A stretch of DNA of 64,000 nucleotides from Takakia lepidozioides (lineage: Eukaryota > Plantae > Bryophyta): positions 58,652,001 through 58,716,000 of the forward strand of contig CM060731.1 of assembly GCA_030704615.1 (NCBI GenBank). Reading direction: 5' to 3'. This document shows, in pieces, positions 12,294 through 25,916 of this stretch (the first letter of the stretch is position 1; each line of letters starts with the position of its first letter). The notes under the pieces were generated by a model, which had not been told where the DNA came from, did no database searches, and worked only from the letters and a program-made list of their open reading frames with translations. The position numbers and the translations under genes were made by a program.

Positions 12294-14051
12294 TGTTACT
12301 TGCTACCTACCGACCTCCACCATCACACAGCCCTCCCACCAGACCACCCCCTAGGCCCAAACATAACAAAGTATGGGCCAAGGCACCCCCCCCCCCCAAC
12401 CCCATTACCCTACACAATATAACCTCCCATTACCCCCCCCCCCCGGTTTACCTGGGGCTTACTTCCCCCAAATACCCCCTACTCCATTCACACTACACAG
12501 ATGGCTCCCACTCTGGCTCCCATGCCGGATATGGCGTCTACCATGCCGCCACTAACAAAGGGACTGCCCACCGTCTCCCGGGCCATGCAACCATATTTTG
12601 TGCCGAACTTATGGCTATTCTTGAAGCTCTCTCACAATTAACCTTGTTCCCACCACCATTCTACATTTTCACGGACAGCTTAACCTCACTCTTCATACTT
12701 CGTAACCACCAGCTTGCTTGTCCTTCCTCCCACCACCACCACCACCACCACCACCACCCTGAACGAAACTTTATCTCCGGAATTATCAACCTCGCTATCT
12801 CCATCAATAAACCCATTCATTTTCTCAAAGTTCGATCATATACTGGTATTAGCGGCAACGAGGAGGCAGACCTCCTTGCCCAACTGGGGGCCTCCAAATC
12901 CCCAGTTGAACCTTCAGCCGACCCTATTCACATTGTTCATGAACATCCTTTTTGGCTGATTCACCCGGTACTTGACCCCCCAGAACCCCGGCCAATCCGG
13001 AACATTCTTACTACCCTGACTATAGAAGCCAACAAACAAGATTCAACTTCTCTCAGCCACACCAAACTACGTATCTAAAAATGGATCCATTCCACTGTAC
13101 TCCACCACAAACTGTCAAACCACTTCTGGTACACTAAAGCCGCATCTGACGCACAAATACGACAGATACTTAAATTCAAATACGCCCAGTACATGGGCCA
13201 ACCATATTCCCATTCCCGCATTGTCCACTTTTCTCCCACATCCACACGACACGCGATACCTGGCCCCATCTTCTTAGCAAATGTCCCCACCCTGTTATCC
13301 ACAGGCTCTGTATTGCTCGACATAACCACGCCGTATGGCATATCCATAAACTCCTACTATGACAAAATGAAACTAGATAAGTTTTCACTCATAAATGCCG
13401 GCACCTACCAAGGCCGGCCTCCGGATCATACGGTCCCTACAAGGCTACCTCCCTGTGTATGCCGACTGCACAAATCATGCATAACGCTCCCCCACCCACT
13501 GACTCGTCCCCAGCCATCACCATATATTTCATAGAATTTACATATTGCCACGACCGCTTCCCCAGCTCCTCCATCCTCGAAAAATGCCAAAAATATGCAC
13601 CACTTATCCTTGCTATCCGCCGGCGGGAATGGGCGACATGCCCTCTTACTCTCATCACTGTCAGCACCAAAGGGGGCATCCATAATGCCAGCATCTCTGC
13701 ACTTCAGAACAACTTTAAACTCCCCATCACTTCTATCCATAAACGCTTTAAAGCCATACACCTCACGGCGCTCCGTTCTCTCACTGCTATCATTACCGAC
13801 AAACGACAGCTTGAATTTAATCCTCCTCTTGCTTCCTAGATATCCTAGACGCCTTTGGGTACCTGTCGGGTATCCATGGGTCCCCATAGGTACTATGTGG
13901 TACCCTTAGCTACCAGCCCTCAACCGGTCACTAGGTGTCCCCTTGACACCGGTTTTCATATAGGGCCCACCCCTGAAAAGAGGCAGTAGCCGCATGACGA
14001 AGAGGCTCCTAGTTACGTCGGCTTCGGCCGGAGTCTTCTCTATCTCTCTCT
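12294..14051 (+). mobile_element. 5'-truncated Dualen/RandI-like LINE (RNase H, CCHC remnant, RLE, 3' UTR)
   Basis: YTDGS..AELMAI..FTDS..GNEEADLLA (RNase H); FIEFTYCHD..KY (RLE); (CT)n tail; 8-bp TSD atactcca at 12286-12293 and 14052-14059. Confidence 0.88.
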
Positions 14052-16443
14052 ATACTCCACTACAAGTCTTATTTTAGGGTTTTGGTAGTCGGTGAGTGAG
14101 TGAGTAGGTGAGCGAATCAAAATTCTGGTGAACATAAATCAAAAGTGAATATTATGTGAGCACAATTTCAGATTTTCAAATATAATAAATTTATATGCTC
14201 ACATTCATTTATACATATAAGCATTTATTTTTGTATTTTGTTTGGGTTGGAGTTTGGATGCATGGAAAAGAAAAATTGGATCAAGATTAGATTCGGCATC
14301 ATATAGATCTCCAGCAAACCGCACATTACACTATGTGTGTGTGGTTTGCCACAAAACCAAGCCTGAGCATATAACTCAGTTTTTACCACATCCGGACTCT
14401 CAAGAATCTTGGATTTAATGAAATCCGGAGCTAATACGAAGCTAATACGGAGGTAAAAAATTAAAATTAATATAATTGAATATATTTTTATATTATATGA
14501 TACTTATATCATATATAATTAATTGTTTAAAAAAAATTAGATCCATTTTTATATTCAACTTTCACTTTGAATGTGAATTCGAACTCATTCATATCTATGT
14601 TTTATAGAAAAGATTGTCATATATTTGATCTTTGAACACTTTGAACAATGATATAACATTCCGTCAACACAATATTATGAGAAGTAGAACCAAACATAAG
14701 AAAATATCCTTGAATCACAAAAGATGTTTATAGTTTATTCAAAAAATGAAGCCATGTTTGGTACTTACACATCAATATGTCTTTGTACTACATAACATGA
14801 TACATACGTATGAATATCATCTTATCAAAATAGAAAGTCTATTTCGACCTAAGGCTGACTTGAACCATAATGTACTAAACTTTGTTTGTTTATACTACAA
14901 GACAATGTTCGGGAGTTGCGACCAAAATTCGTAAGACGCTGAATCAGATCCTCCTTGTAGTGACAATTCATTTGCAAGACGACTACAATCCAAAAGAGAC
15001 ATGACTCTATGTCGTCGTTTACTTATAGTACACTATTTTGATACACTTGCTAGTGTGAAAACGATTAAGAAGAATCTCGATATGACTCTGGACATCAATA
15101 GTTATGGTTCTATTCTCGCTATAGTGGAACATATCATCCGGATTAACACTAGCAACCACACTGCATGAAATTGAAGATCCACATGTGCGGGATTCCGATT
15201 TCCACAATTGAATTGATGTCTACTCCTATCGAATGATGCTTCATGATTCACTGACCATAGAAAAATAAATGAAACACTTCCAAATCGAATTCAAAGTACC
15301 ATGAAGCCACGAATGAAAAATAATTTAAGAATTAACGCCAAATTCTCAATTCTCGGATTGTGAATATTATCTAAGAACCAACTACTCCCATCCGGCTCTA
15401 CCCCATTAACTCTTGCGAAGAATTCAGCCCGAAGTACCTCTCCGCAGGTAATACGCACAAAATTCGTTCCACATACCTCCGCGTCATGCTTGAACTTCTG
15501 AGACACATCTTCGTTCCACAGAGAATTCTGCACGCGCTGGGCTTCAAACAGGTTTCGTAGCGCAAGAATTTCCTCATGTGACGTTAGTACTTGGTCCCGA
15601 AGATTACGAACCCCTTGCAACAGAGCGTTAAACCTCTCCTCCCAAACCTAGCTGGCTCTAGCCAACGCTGCAGCCACAACTTCATTAACGTCCATCGTAT
15701 CAACGACCTATTATCAAAAGAGATACACAGGTTCCCAACCAGGCACTGCAAAGGCTACCAAGAGAAAACTCAACCGATCCATTACACCAATCTTTCTAAA
15801 ACGAAGCAAGAAACCTTCTGATTCACACGCCAAAAACCTCAAAGCATAGCAATGTATCTCACCTCCAGAGGGGACGACACGACGACGATAGAAAACATAA
15901 ACACAATCCAACACCAACACTTCCAAGCCCTACGTAAGGGGAAAAGTAGGAAAGAGAGCAAATTAGAGTAACCTAGAAACATTAGAACTAGACACAAGAA
16001 ACTAGGAACAAGATGAAACACAAAACTAGAAACCGAAACGCAAAACAAGAAACAGAAAAAACCAAAGCGAAATCAAGTCAACCTAATCAAAGCAAGAAAC
16101 AAAACAAAAAACAAAGAAGCTATCTGTGATCGTCTTCTTTGCCGAACTCTGCTTAAGCTCCCGCTCTAGAATCAAATTTCAGAATGAGACTCCCAAACAG
16201 AAACTCCCGAATGAGTAGCAAGAATAGCAAGAATATGAGAGTAGCAAGAAAGTAGCAAATGAGAGAAAAACGTGAGATATCAGCAACAAATATAAGAGCA
16301 GAAAACGATTAAGAGAGAGCGAGAGCAGAGAGAGGGAAAGCAAGAGCAGTTCAAATGAGAAAGAAAGTGAGCATCAATGGGTGCTAAAAACTAAAATTTG
16401 AAAGAATTATCATGGTCACCAAAAAACATTGTGTACCAAGATA

Positions 16444-17170
16444 CTAGTCAGGTTGAAGAAGATGAGGCTCACAAATAGAAGGATCAACATATCTCCCGAA
16501 CCAAGACCAGTGCAGATGGTTTCGGCTGATGGAAGGTCGTGCTCTCTTCATACAGTTCTCACTTACACAGTCCACCACCATTAAAACTCTAATCATCTTG
16601 TGCAAGAACGACCAAACTGTCTTGACCATACTTAAATTGTTGTAAATGTAATCCTTGGAGGCACATTCTCTGCATGTAGATAACACTTTGAAAGGAAGAG
16701 GGAAAAATCTTGTATTCTCTGGGTTCCTCAGTGCTTTGGAAGGCTCATCGTCAACTAAGAGAATCTGACCATGTTTTGCAAAAGGCTTGTCTGAAAACAT
16801 TATTAAAATTTTGTCAAGATCTTTGATCAGGTACTTCATTTCATACATGATGTGACCGGACGTAATTGAACAATGCTGACCAAATGAAACAAAATTGTTT
16901 CACGATCCCCGTTGGAACAAAGCCTCCAACTAAAAAGAACATTATTCTGGGTGCATGACCAAATAGCGACGTAAAAATTTGTCATCAACAACTTTAAAAA
17001 ATCGATTACACCTAGACGAGGAATTACAAACGGTGTTTTCGGCACTTGAAGTTTTATGCGTCGTCCGGGATATTTAGCTCTCAACAACTCCAACCCACTT
17101 GGAGGAGGTCTGAAGCACAAAAGATCGTTGACGCTTAATATGATAAGCATTCGTTTCTTCTGGCCCGAGA
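16444..17170 (-). pseudogene. Decayed FCP1/NIF-like HAD phosphatase-domain ORF
   Basis: LIILSVNDLL, RLGVIDFL..F.VAIWS, IKDL, ILLVDDEPSKALRNP motifs; frameshift near 16850; DxD motif lost. Confidence 0.6.
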
Positions 17171-19875
17171 GCATTTGGGTATTTATGCTCTTGGTAGTGG
17201 TCATGTAGATATGAAGATGAAATATCATCAGTACTAGCATAAGAACAAAACAAAAAATGAAAACAAGAAAGCTTCCTTCGGACCCTATGTCGGAGGACGA
17301 CGAACCAGCTTTCCGACCTCCATCACTTGTGGAGCATTTCAACTCCGACTTTCTTGAAATGTTAGGTCCATCATCAAGAAGTACACATTTCAGCATTTGA
17401 ATTCAATGACTTTAATCTCGTTGACCTGCAAACTGAATCCGAAAACCTTCGAGAAACTCTACTAGAGAATTTTGTTGTAGGCCGAGTCACTATGCATGGT
17501 GCTATCTCATAAATTTGAGAGGATATTGTGATAAAAGAGCTGTCCCAATGTGGATCTGATGTAATCCCTCTTGAGACCACGAAATAGTTAGACGGACATA
17601 CTCGGCGAGTAACAGAAACTCGCATAATGTCATATGTCCAAAATCAATTTTAAGAACGTTACAATCTTTAACCAAAAGCACAAATAACAACTACATAGAA
17701 TCACCTTATATATGTTACAATAGTTACCTGCGTTTCCCGTACTCTTGGCGTGGAGGAATCTTGCCTAACCATGAAATGTGGATTCATCCATTCCAAAAAA
17801 ATACTACATTTTGAACTCTTCGTGATTTATAAATCAAGTAATGCATCTCCACCAGACGAACAAGATTTGGGTGGAATACTCTCCGTTACAAGTCATCAAA
17901 AACAATTTCAAATATAACACCTCTACTTGCGAGATCCGTTGATGGTAAGAAGCATGTATGACATTGTTGTCTGGAGTTGAGAAGTGGATTCATGCTCACT
18001 CGCAATCCAGTTCACCTTGTGCTGCGTCTCCTGTTGACGTCCTGCTTGGTGTTGTTGTACGTTGGTCTGTTGTTGTTGGGGCGACGCTGAAGTAGACGCC
18101 TAATGTCCCCCCTGCACCCTTACATCCTGAGGAGGAGACCACTTTTTAGAAGAACCCTGGGTTATCTGAGCCGCAGGATTAGAATAGGCTGCTCAGGAAT
18201 TGCCCCGTAGCTGCATTGTCCCCTGCATATGATAGGCAAACATTGTCGATTGCGGAAAAATAGTGTCAATTGACACTCTCTCTTTAATTTCCAAAGATGA
18301 CTCTGAAAGCAGAGCAACTTGCAAAATCCATGAGATGTACAAGTTAAAGACAAGACATATGGATAATTTGGTCCTAGATCCGAAATGGAGTAAATTTAAG
18401 ATCTAATCAAAGAATGATTAGATTCATTTACCTCGACTTCAGCTTGAGTAGCATGACCAGGAGAGTGCCACTCTAAGTCCAAATCAAAAATAAAATAAAA
18501 AACACGTGACAATCTATGTCTATGAAAGCTCTCCACGTCCATATTGATAACATGATCAGAAGTCTTCCTCTCAGCGGAGCAAGGGAGACTCGACAAGTCT
18601 TCAAAATCCTTTATGGTCAACATGTAGTGAGACATCATTGTATACATGTCAATTTGAAACCGCAATTGTATGTTTGATAGACCGATGGAAAAACTATGGG
18701 AATCAAACTTCATACACTCCAACAGTGACAAACTGTCAAACTGAGTGGATCAAAGTTGAACTCGAGATGCTTGTAGCACAAGATCATGGCCATATCTTCT
18801 CTAAATAAAGAACGGACCTCCCAAATTATCTCATGTAAAAGATACCTAAGTTCATTCAAACAAGAGTTCCTTGCTATCCAAAGAAGCTTTTGAGCGAACT
18901 TGGATATTCTTTTCATTACATAGTGAGGTGGTTGTTCACTTAGGGAGGATGTGGTCAACCCTCCTATGTAAACGTCTTGCCATGCAAAGTCCTACTACAC
19001 TGCACTCTCATGACAGTGATATTGATATCATCTAACAATGGTCCAGACTTGCATAGAACTTATTAGCAATAATATGTGGAAATAGAAGAACTGATCGATC
19101 CCCGGTGTCCTCACATACAAGACCATGAGAATTCATTTTAGACCGGTTGAATATCTCTATGCCCATTGAACAACAACCATCTCATGTGGAAATATATGAC
19201 CATGAGAACTTTGGAGTTCTATGTACTTTGTGAAAGTTGGGACCAAATTCTCCTTTAATTCCTCCATGGCCTGCAAACAGTCATGTATGCAGGGCCTAAA
19301 AACTGACACGATAAAATGGAATACATTTCGTACATTATTCTGACGCATGGAATGCATAGATCTTTTGAATGTGTGTAAAACATGGATGATGATACCAATC
19401 TATTGTTGATGTGGACATGAGACTGTGGGGACACATTCGATGAAGCCCTTCCCCTGCAAAGATGGAATTTGTCATTTCCCGATTGATAAGGAGATAGTGC
19501 AATTGATGATTTCTCCATTACCATATTGGGTCTGAATGCACTTAGTCTCCTTTGCAGTATCAAAAAGTAAGACAAAGTCTAGCACATGACTATTCGGGGG
19601 GGGGGGGGGCCAAAATCAACTGACTTCCCCCTTCGGTGACGACAGGCCAAATCCCAACGTGACGGTGTACTACTATGAGATGTCGTCCCGTACATTGAAT
19701 GAATGCTCAGAATGATTGACACACTTTATTTCAATTCACAGATAGACGCTTACAATGAATGGCATGTGCATTTGCCCTGGTTCCGTGAACGAAATGTATG
19801 TGTTTGTCCTAAATGCAAAGTCTTCACATGGTAACCTGGAAACCAGCATGGGAAGCGGGCATGGCTCGTATGTGT

Positions 19876-20146
19876 TCAAAGAGAATTTGGCGGAGCCCTA
19901 CGTGAGGTGTCCCGCTGCAGAATGGTGATGACTTCTCCGTAACCTAGTGTGGCTTGGTGAATGAATTGGTCTCTCTTACCGTCGCAGCACATAATTACAA
20001 GGTATATGTAATATTGATGCTTGCAGGAGACCCACTTCCCTCTCATGTCGAGAGCGCCCTCACGCATCATTACAAAATCCGGACAAGTGCACGTAGGGAA
20101 ATTCCCCACGGTAACCTGATATTCTTTGCCATGAAGATCTGAGCCA
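19876..20146 (-). mobile_element. SWIM zinc-finger segment of MULE-type transposase
   Basis: YQVTVGNFPTCTCPDF...CKH is the CxC-x(n)-CxH SWIM pattern. Confidence 0.75.
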
Positions 20147-21493
20147 ATGCAGTGCAATGGAATACAGAACACAAATTTTGCGGGCTTCATGGCTGATAGT
20201 GCACAGACAAATTTCAATGTAGTGCGGCCCGTCTTTGGTTCGGGGGATCCTAAGGTCCCAATGGAAAATAGGGAGCGCACATGCCTCTTCCATTGGAGTC
20301 AATCTCTGGCACGTCATACAAAGCGCTGCATTCGCCCTGACCTTCAGGGCTCTGCCTCAAGTACAAAAATGCCACCTCAATGGGAGAAGCTGAGAGCACT
20401 TACCAAGCAATCTGGGCTTGGTGGTTCTCCTCTGATGCTGTTACTGGTATCCACCTGAAGGATTTGGAGGACTGGTTGGTTTTCTGGCACTTCAGGTACA
20501 GACAGTGGGGAGCTTTTATGACGACGGTAAGCCTCTTCAATCCCAGAAACACAAATTTCACTTTGCATCGTGCCTGTTCATGTGGGGTTGTTGGATTGTC
20601 ACTTGCAGAACCTCTTCCAATTCCTTTGGTTCCTCACATTTTCATGCAATGCCTCCTGCAGGACATGTCCTTGGAGGACTTGGCCGACATGTCATCCTGT
20701 AATTTTTGCGGAGACTGTTCACAACGCCTGGATGCAGCAGTCTACCAAAGCAGGACGTAGCTTGTATGTGGCCATTGCTGAAGACATGGTGCGGGCACTT
20801 ACACAACAAACCAGGTACCGCAATTTTCTGATGGGATGGGGTGGATGCAAGGGCCCTGATACGACTTTGTTGATGCTAAGGGCTGCGAGTAGGTCCGGAG
20901 ACCTATCGAAGATGGCCAGAGCTCTGAACAGGTGCACTGAAGGCTCCCCTTTGCAATCCAGGCTCCCCCATTTGGAAGGCGAGGAAAAATTTGGATCATG
21001 CAAAAGGAAATTGAACACTCCTCCAGGGTCGGATGGAGATTCCCATCGGCCGGACAGGGTCAATTTCTCTGTACCAAAGGTGTCTCCAGTGCAGACTAAG
21101 TCGTGTGCCCGCCCCTTCCCAGGTGGATCCTCCTCCAGTGGAGCAGGTGCAGATCATGAAAGCACATCGGCAGGAATCCCATTAGAGGAGGTGGTGGCCA
21201 TGGTGCATGAATCTGATTGCATTGATAGTGAGTGGCATATAGAACGCACCCCACCAGGATCTAGAGTGGCTTGCATGGCAATTCGGACCCCCTCTTTTAA
21301 GAAATGCAAATCAAAAATATGCAAAGGCTCCAGGGGGACTCCAGCTCCAACATTCACAGGGTTGTTCCGACCTTATCATAGTGGGGAGTCAAAGGACCAC
21401 AAGTTCTGGTTCTACCCAAACGATATGGCACGATGCGTCAAAGGAACAGTTCGTCCTTCAATGATAATGAAGCCCCCTCCCCTCTTTGGATAG
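20147..21493 (+). mobile_element. Mutator-like (MULE) transposase pseudogene core
   Basis: FMADSAQ (putative catalytic D), TCLFHWSQ (CxxH), FWHFRYRQWG, AETVHNAW; frameshifted. Confidence 0.65.
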
Positions 21494-21689
21494 GCATGAC
21501 GTGCGAACCCGAAACAATTACGCAGAGTCCAGGTCTTGCACGAACTTGCATTTCCAGCATAGGGCGAATGAGGTGCATTGCATATTCTGGGGTCAACCTC
21601 TCTTAAAGGGTCAAATCTCGTGCACCATGGCAGCCATGTTGTACGTGGAGGTCATACTCTTGCGTCCAGTGAATTGACAAACTGCTAGT

Positions 21690-22620
21690 AGGAGGAACGC
21701 AAGGTTGTTATACGATTTGGAGTACATCCCGGACACGTTCGGAATATAACCGGCTGCAACGTTAGAGGAACAACTGGCGGAAAGAGACCAGCGAATCAGG
21801 ACCCTGCAGGACCGAGTAGACTGACAAACACTGCACATAGCCGAGTTGGAAGCTAGATTGCAAGACATGCCTCCAAACAATGAAGGCACTGTTGTCCACA
21901 ATGAGGATCGAACAAACATCGTGGACATGGACGCGCAGTTTGCGATGCCCGATCACAGTATTGACCTCATCATTCACGAAACTATGGACGTCCTTGACCC
22001 TGTGGCCGATAAAACCATGGTTGAGGAACAACGAATTGCGGATGAGAGAAGGAGGAAGGAAAAGAACCAGTACTGGAAACCCGGGAATGCTCGAGGGTCG
22101 CCAGTCTATCGTAGATGAACCCGATATTAGATGTCGACCGCGCTACAAAGGAGCGGGACATTGCCATGGCAACTGCATGGCGCTTGTCCAAAACACTAGA
22201 GATTCAGGCATGGATACCATTGAATGGCGATTGGGAGAATTGGGTACAATGGGCGACCCATTTGGCCTCCAGAGAAGCATGGATAGAGCGGGCATTGTCA
22301 GGCTTGTAACGTGTCGCACACATGTCAAACCGTAGCGTGGATAGCATTTATGCCAACATGCAAAGGTATAATGATCTCCGCATCGCATCAAGCGTGTTCG
22401 CCGGGTATACCAATTGGGCAGATGTGGATTCTATGTTCGATCGATGTGAGCACAGAATTTCGGGGTCGAACAGAAGCATAAACTGGGAATTGGAGATAGA
22501 GGAAGAGTGGGACACCACAACAATGATGACCAGCCACATCAAACCGGCTCAGAAGGAGGAGATACCACAAGGCGTTTTGCCGTCATGGATATCAGATGAC
22601 ACAGTTTGTTCGATGTTCGA
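21690..22620 (+). pseudogene. Decayed ORF of unknown function, probably TE accessory gene
   Basis: Chain of protein-like frames (coiled-coil LAERDQRIRTLQ..IAELEARL, then IAMATAWRLS..WADVDSMF) broken by stops. Confidence 0.35.
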
Positions 22621-22622
22621 TG

Positions 22623-24428
22623 TGTAGGAATCCATACGACGGCCTGTCACAGCCCCTCACAACCCGTCACAGCCCCAAAGGCCTCAGGCACGGCCTGTCA
22701 CAGCCCCTCATAGCCCGTCACAGCCGCAAAGGCCTCAGGCACGGCCTGTCACAGCCCCTCACAGCCCGTCACATAAGGGAAGTCAGCCCTTCCCACTTCC
22801 TTGCTTGCCCTCCAAGCTTGAAGATGGAAGCTTCAATGAGCTGAATACATGCTCCACACATGCAACCTCTTCACACAAGAGATATCAGCCCCCTATCTTG
22901 GCTCCTTGGCTCCTTGATGCTCTCTAAGACAAGACTAAGCACTCCACAGCCTTTGCCAAGCTCCTGAAACCCTAAGGCTTACATTTCCAGCCACAAGACA
23001 CTTCTCTTGTGGTGTAAGAGCTCTTCTTCCAAGCTCTGAAACCCTAGGTGCACATTCCATGGCCTTGCCGCACCTCTTAGCTCCTGTTCCAGCCCTGCTC
23101 TTGCCATGACAAGAGCCCTCTCAATGCTGAAGCTCGAGATTGAAACCCAATCTCACCATACTCCACAAAGTGCATTGATTTGCCCCAAGCCAAATCAGCC
23201 CTTTCGCTTGGTCTTGCAATCCTTCACACAATGAAAGCTCGCATTCCCAAGTCCAGTTCTCAGCTTTGCCACCAAAGCCACTATAACCTGCTCTTGACTG
23301 GTCCTCTTCCCAATCGTGTTTGCTCATGCATGTACACAATCTGAAACCATCAAGGTGCTCTGGAATTACCTGCAGCATGGTGCTTTCATCTCTGAAGCTG
23401 AAGATCGAATGCCAAGGTCTACCACCTCGTAACCCACATCGCCTCCGCTTCTAACAACCAAGAGCTCCACGGTGCTCCTTGCATAACAACTTGGTTTCTC
23501 TCATTCTCAAGCAAAAACCACAAGTGCTACAACTAACTCGTATCTGGCACTCACAGATACGAGCTCATCTTTCTCGAGTGATAAAGAAGAAGAATACAAG
23601 CACGAGCTCACAAATCTGAAGCATAAACTCATGCATATATAACCTCATCACTCAAATACAAGTCAAGCCAAGTGCACCCCACGCCATGGGGAATCCACAC
23701 TACGGCGCCATAGCTAGGCGCGGTGAGGCTCAACTCGAGAAAGATGAGCCTCCCGCGCTTGCCGTGAAGATAACCACTCCAGGGCCTAAATCTGCCTTGA
23801 CCCCTGGATTGACACTTGGGCCAATCCCAAATGTCAATATGTAAAAGCTAGCTATTTCCTAGCTAGTTTCACACTAGTGGTAAAATAACTTGACACGCAC
23901 AATCAAGCATGCAGGTGTGGAGGGGATCCAAACACAAGAATGAAAACAACAACTCCACAGTGTCGCTCCTGCAACCCAGCCCAAACCTGGACTGACTCTT
24001 GCCTCCACCTACGGAAAGGTCTCGGCCTATAGAGAAGGTGGAAAGCTACGAGGAAGGGAAACTAAAGCAATGTCTATCCCAAGCACGCTCTCATCCCAAC
24101 ACCCTATTTTTTCCTTTCTTCTCTCACTTGCATGACCATGAGAGCATCTTGTAGACACTCCTCAAACCGCCCTCCATGAGCTCATGAAACTTGGCCTCCA
24201 AGGCCCCATGCAAGCCTTCACAGGGTCCGCCAGTGCCTCCTTATGTCCACCAGCCATTCCTCATAATAGAACCACCTCAGGAAACCACGCCATTCACTGA
24301 AGGTTCAAAAATGGAGCAAATAGAGGTACATATAGGCCCCAACAAACATTCTGTCCAAAGGAATTACCGGCAGGCTAGTCTCCCCCATAGTTAAGAACTC
24401 GGCTGAAAACCCAAAAAGATTACCTACA
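22623..24428 (-). mobile_element. Possible solo LTR (~1.8 kb)
   Basis: TGTAGG...CCTACA termini; shares a ~250-bp module with the LTR at 42752-43118; no TSD, PBS or PPT seen. Confidence 0.35.
22639..22773. repeat. 51-bp tandem repeat x2.6
   Basis: acggcctgtcacagcccctca at 22639, 22690 and 22741. Confidence 0.95.
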
Positions 24429-25637
24429 GGGAAGTAATCCCCTTTGTTAAAATGCAACAGGGAGGCAATTCCGACTTTTTTGCCGGATTAGCTAGCTCAA
24501 AACCGTTGTTCTTTAGAGCCCAGCCTCCCCATCAAGGTCCAACGAAACGAGTGAAAAAAATTTAAGGGTTAGTAAAAAAAATTCACATATAATAAAGATG
24601 TATCCTGATTTAATATCTGGATCAATCAATAACCGGCGGATATTGTAATCTGAATATCCGGACTTATTATATCCGACAGATTTTAGAAAACTTCTTTTAT
24701 GCATAACTCGCAGATATTATAAATTCAGAATATTTTAATATCCGTATTCGCTGGATATATTCCTCTCTAATTTGGCAAGTATCCGGAATCCGGTGGAGAT
24801 TAGAAAAAGCTAAGAAGTGCCCAACATTGGTTAGGACCAAGAAACATGATGATTTGCAATGATTCTAAGTGACAGATAAAATATAATTGAAATTATAAAA
24901 TAATAAATATTGAATGCCAGAATGTTTTTTCATAAATAAAAAACAATAATAGCATTGTTCGAGAAATCATACATTAAATCAAAATGAAAACAGAAAAAAC
25001 AAACTAACTAAAATTTGTTCAAATTAAAAAGAAAAAAGAAAAAGACATAAGGATATTAATAAAGAGTCACGAAAAAAGAATAAAAATATTTATGATCAAA
25101 ATGAAACAAATGCTAAACCTCGAAAAACATACATAATTTTTAAACAAAAATGAAGGATGATCGGGTGGTTATCTCCTTTGTACGCTTTCACAGCCCCTTG
25201 TAGTTATGCATCACACCTCAAAGGTCGGCAAGATTACACCGTAGAATGAAAACACATTTGTGGATTGATTACCACGTTGCCAAAATTGCAGGTCTGGATG
25301 AGTTATTATCTTATGGGTTTGCTTTGTATAGGTCATGAAAGAATTGCCCGGATAAACAAAGAAAAATAAAATGCTGGAAATTAATTTCTGAAAAAATCTG
25401 CATGCGTGAATTTTTTATTTGGATTGCATATAAGATAATATAGAAATATCATTTTTCTTTCTAGATATTGAATCAGTCAATGATAACCTGTTTTAGATGC
25501 TAGACTAACAAAATAGTGTTATGCTGTTGGGAGACGACACAAATGCCTTTAAAGTTACATTCTAATACCACTTTATTTATGCATATATGGATAAGATAAG
25601 GTAGTGGAATATTTTACTAAAGAGAAATAAAATAAAC

Positions 25638-25916
25638 ACTCGATTTTAGAAAAACGTCAAAAATATGCCCCGCTCATCCTCGGAATCCGAAGACGGGGCT
25701 GGAAAACCGGTCCGCTAACCGTCATTACCACCGGTACCCGAGGCGGCATTCATAACGCCAGTATTACTGACATATACAATAATTTTCAAATTCCCATCCT
25801 ACCCATCCACAAATGCTTCAAAGAAATTCATCTCACGGCACTCCGATCACTCACAACTATTATTACCAACAAACGCCAGCTGGAATCCGGCACCTCAAAC
25901 ATCCCATAGGTCTCCT
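25638..25916 (+). mobile_element. 279-bp internal LINE fragment inserted upstream of CYP-B
   Basis: Matches 38308-38586 with one mismatch seen; absent from the left arm. Confidence 0.93.

Noticed and set aside
14058-14962. CACTA element (cactacaag...cttgtagtg)
   Set aside because: No 3-bp TSD; the left motif overlaps the LINE TSD and belongs to the AT-rich flank repeat.
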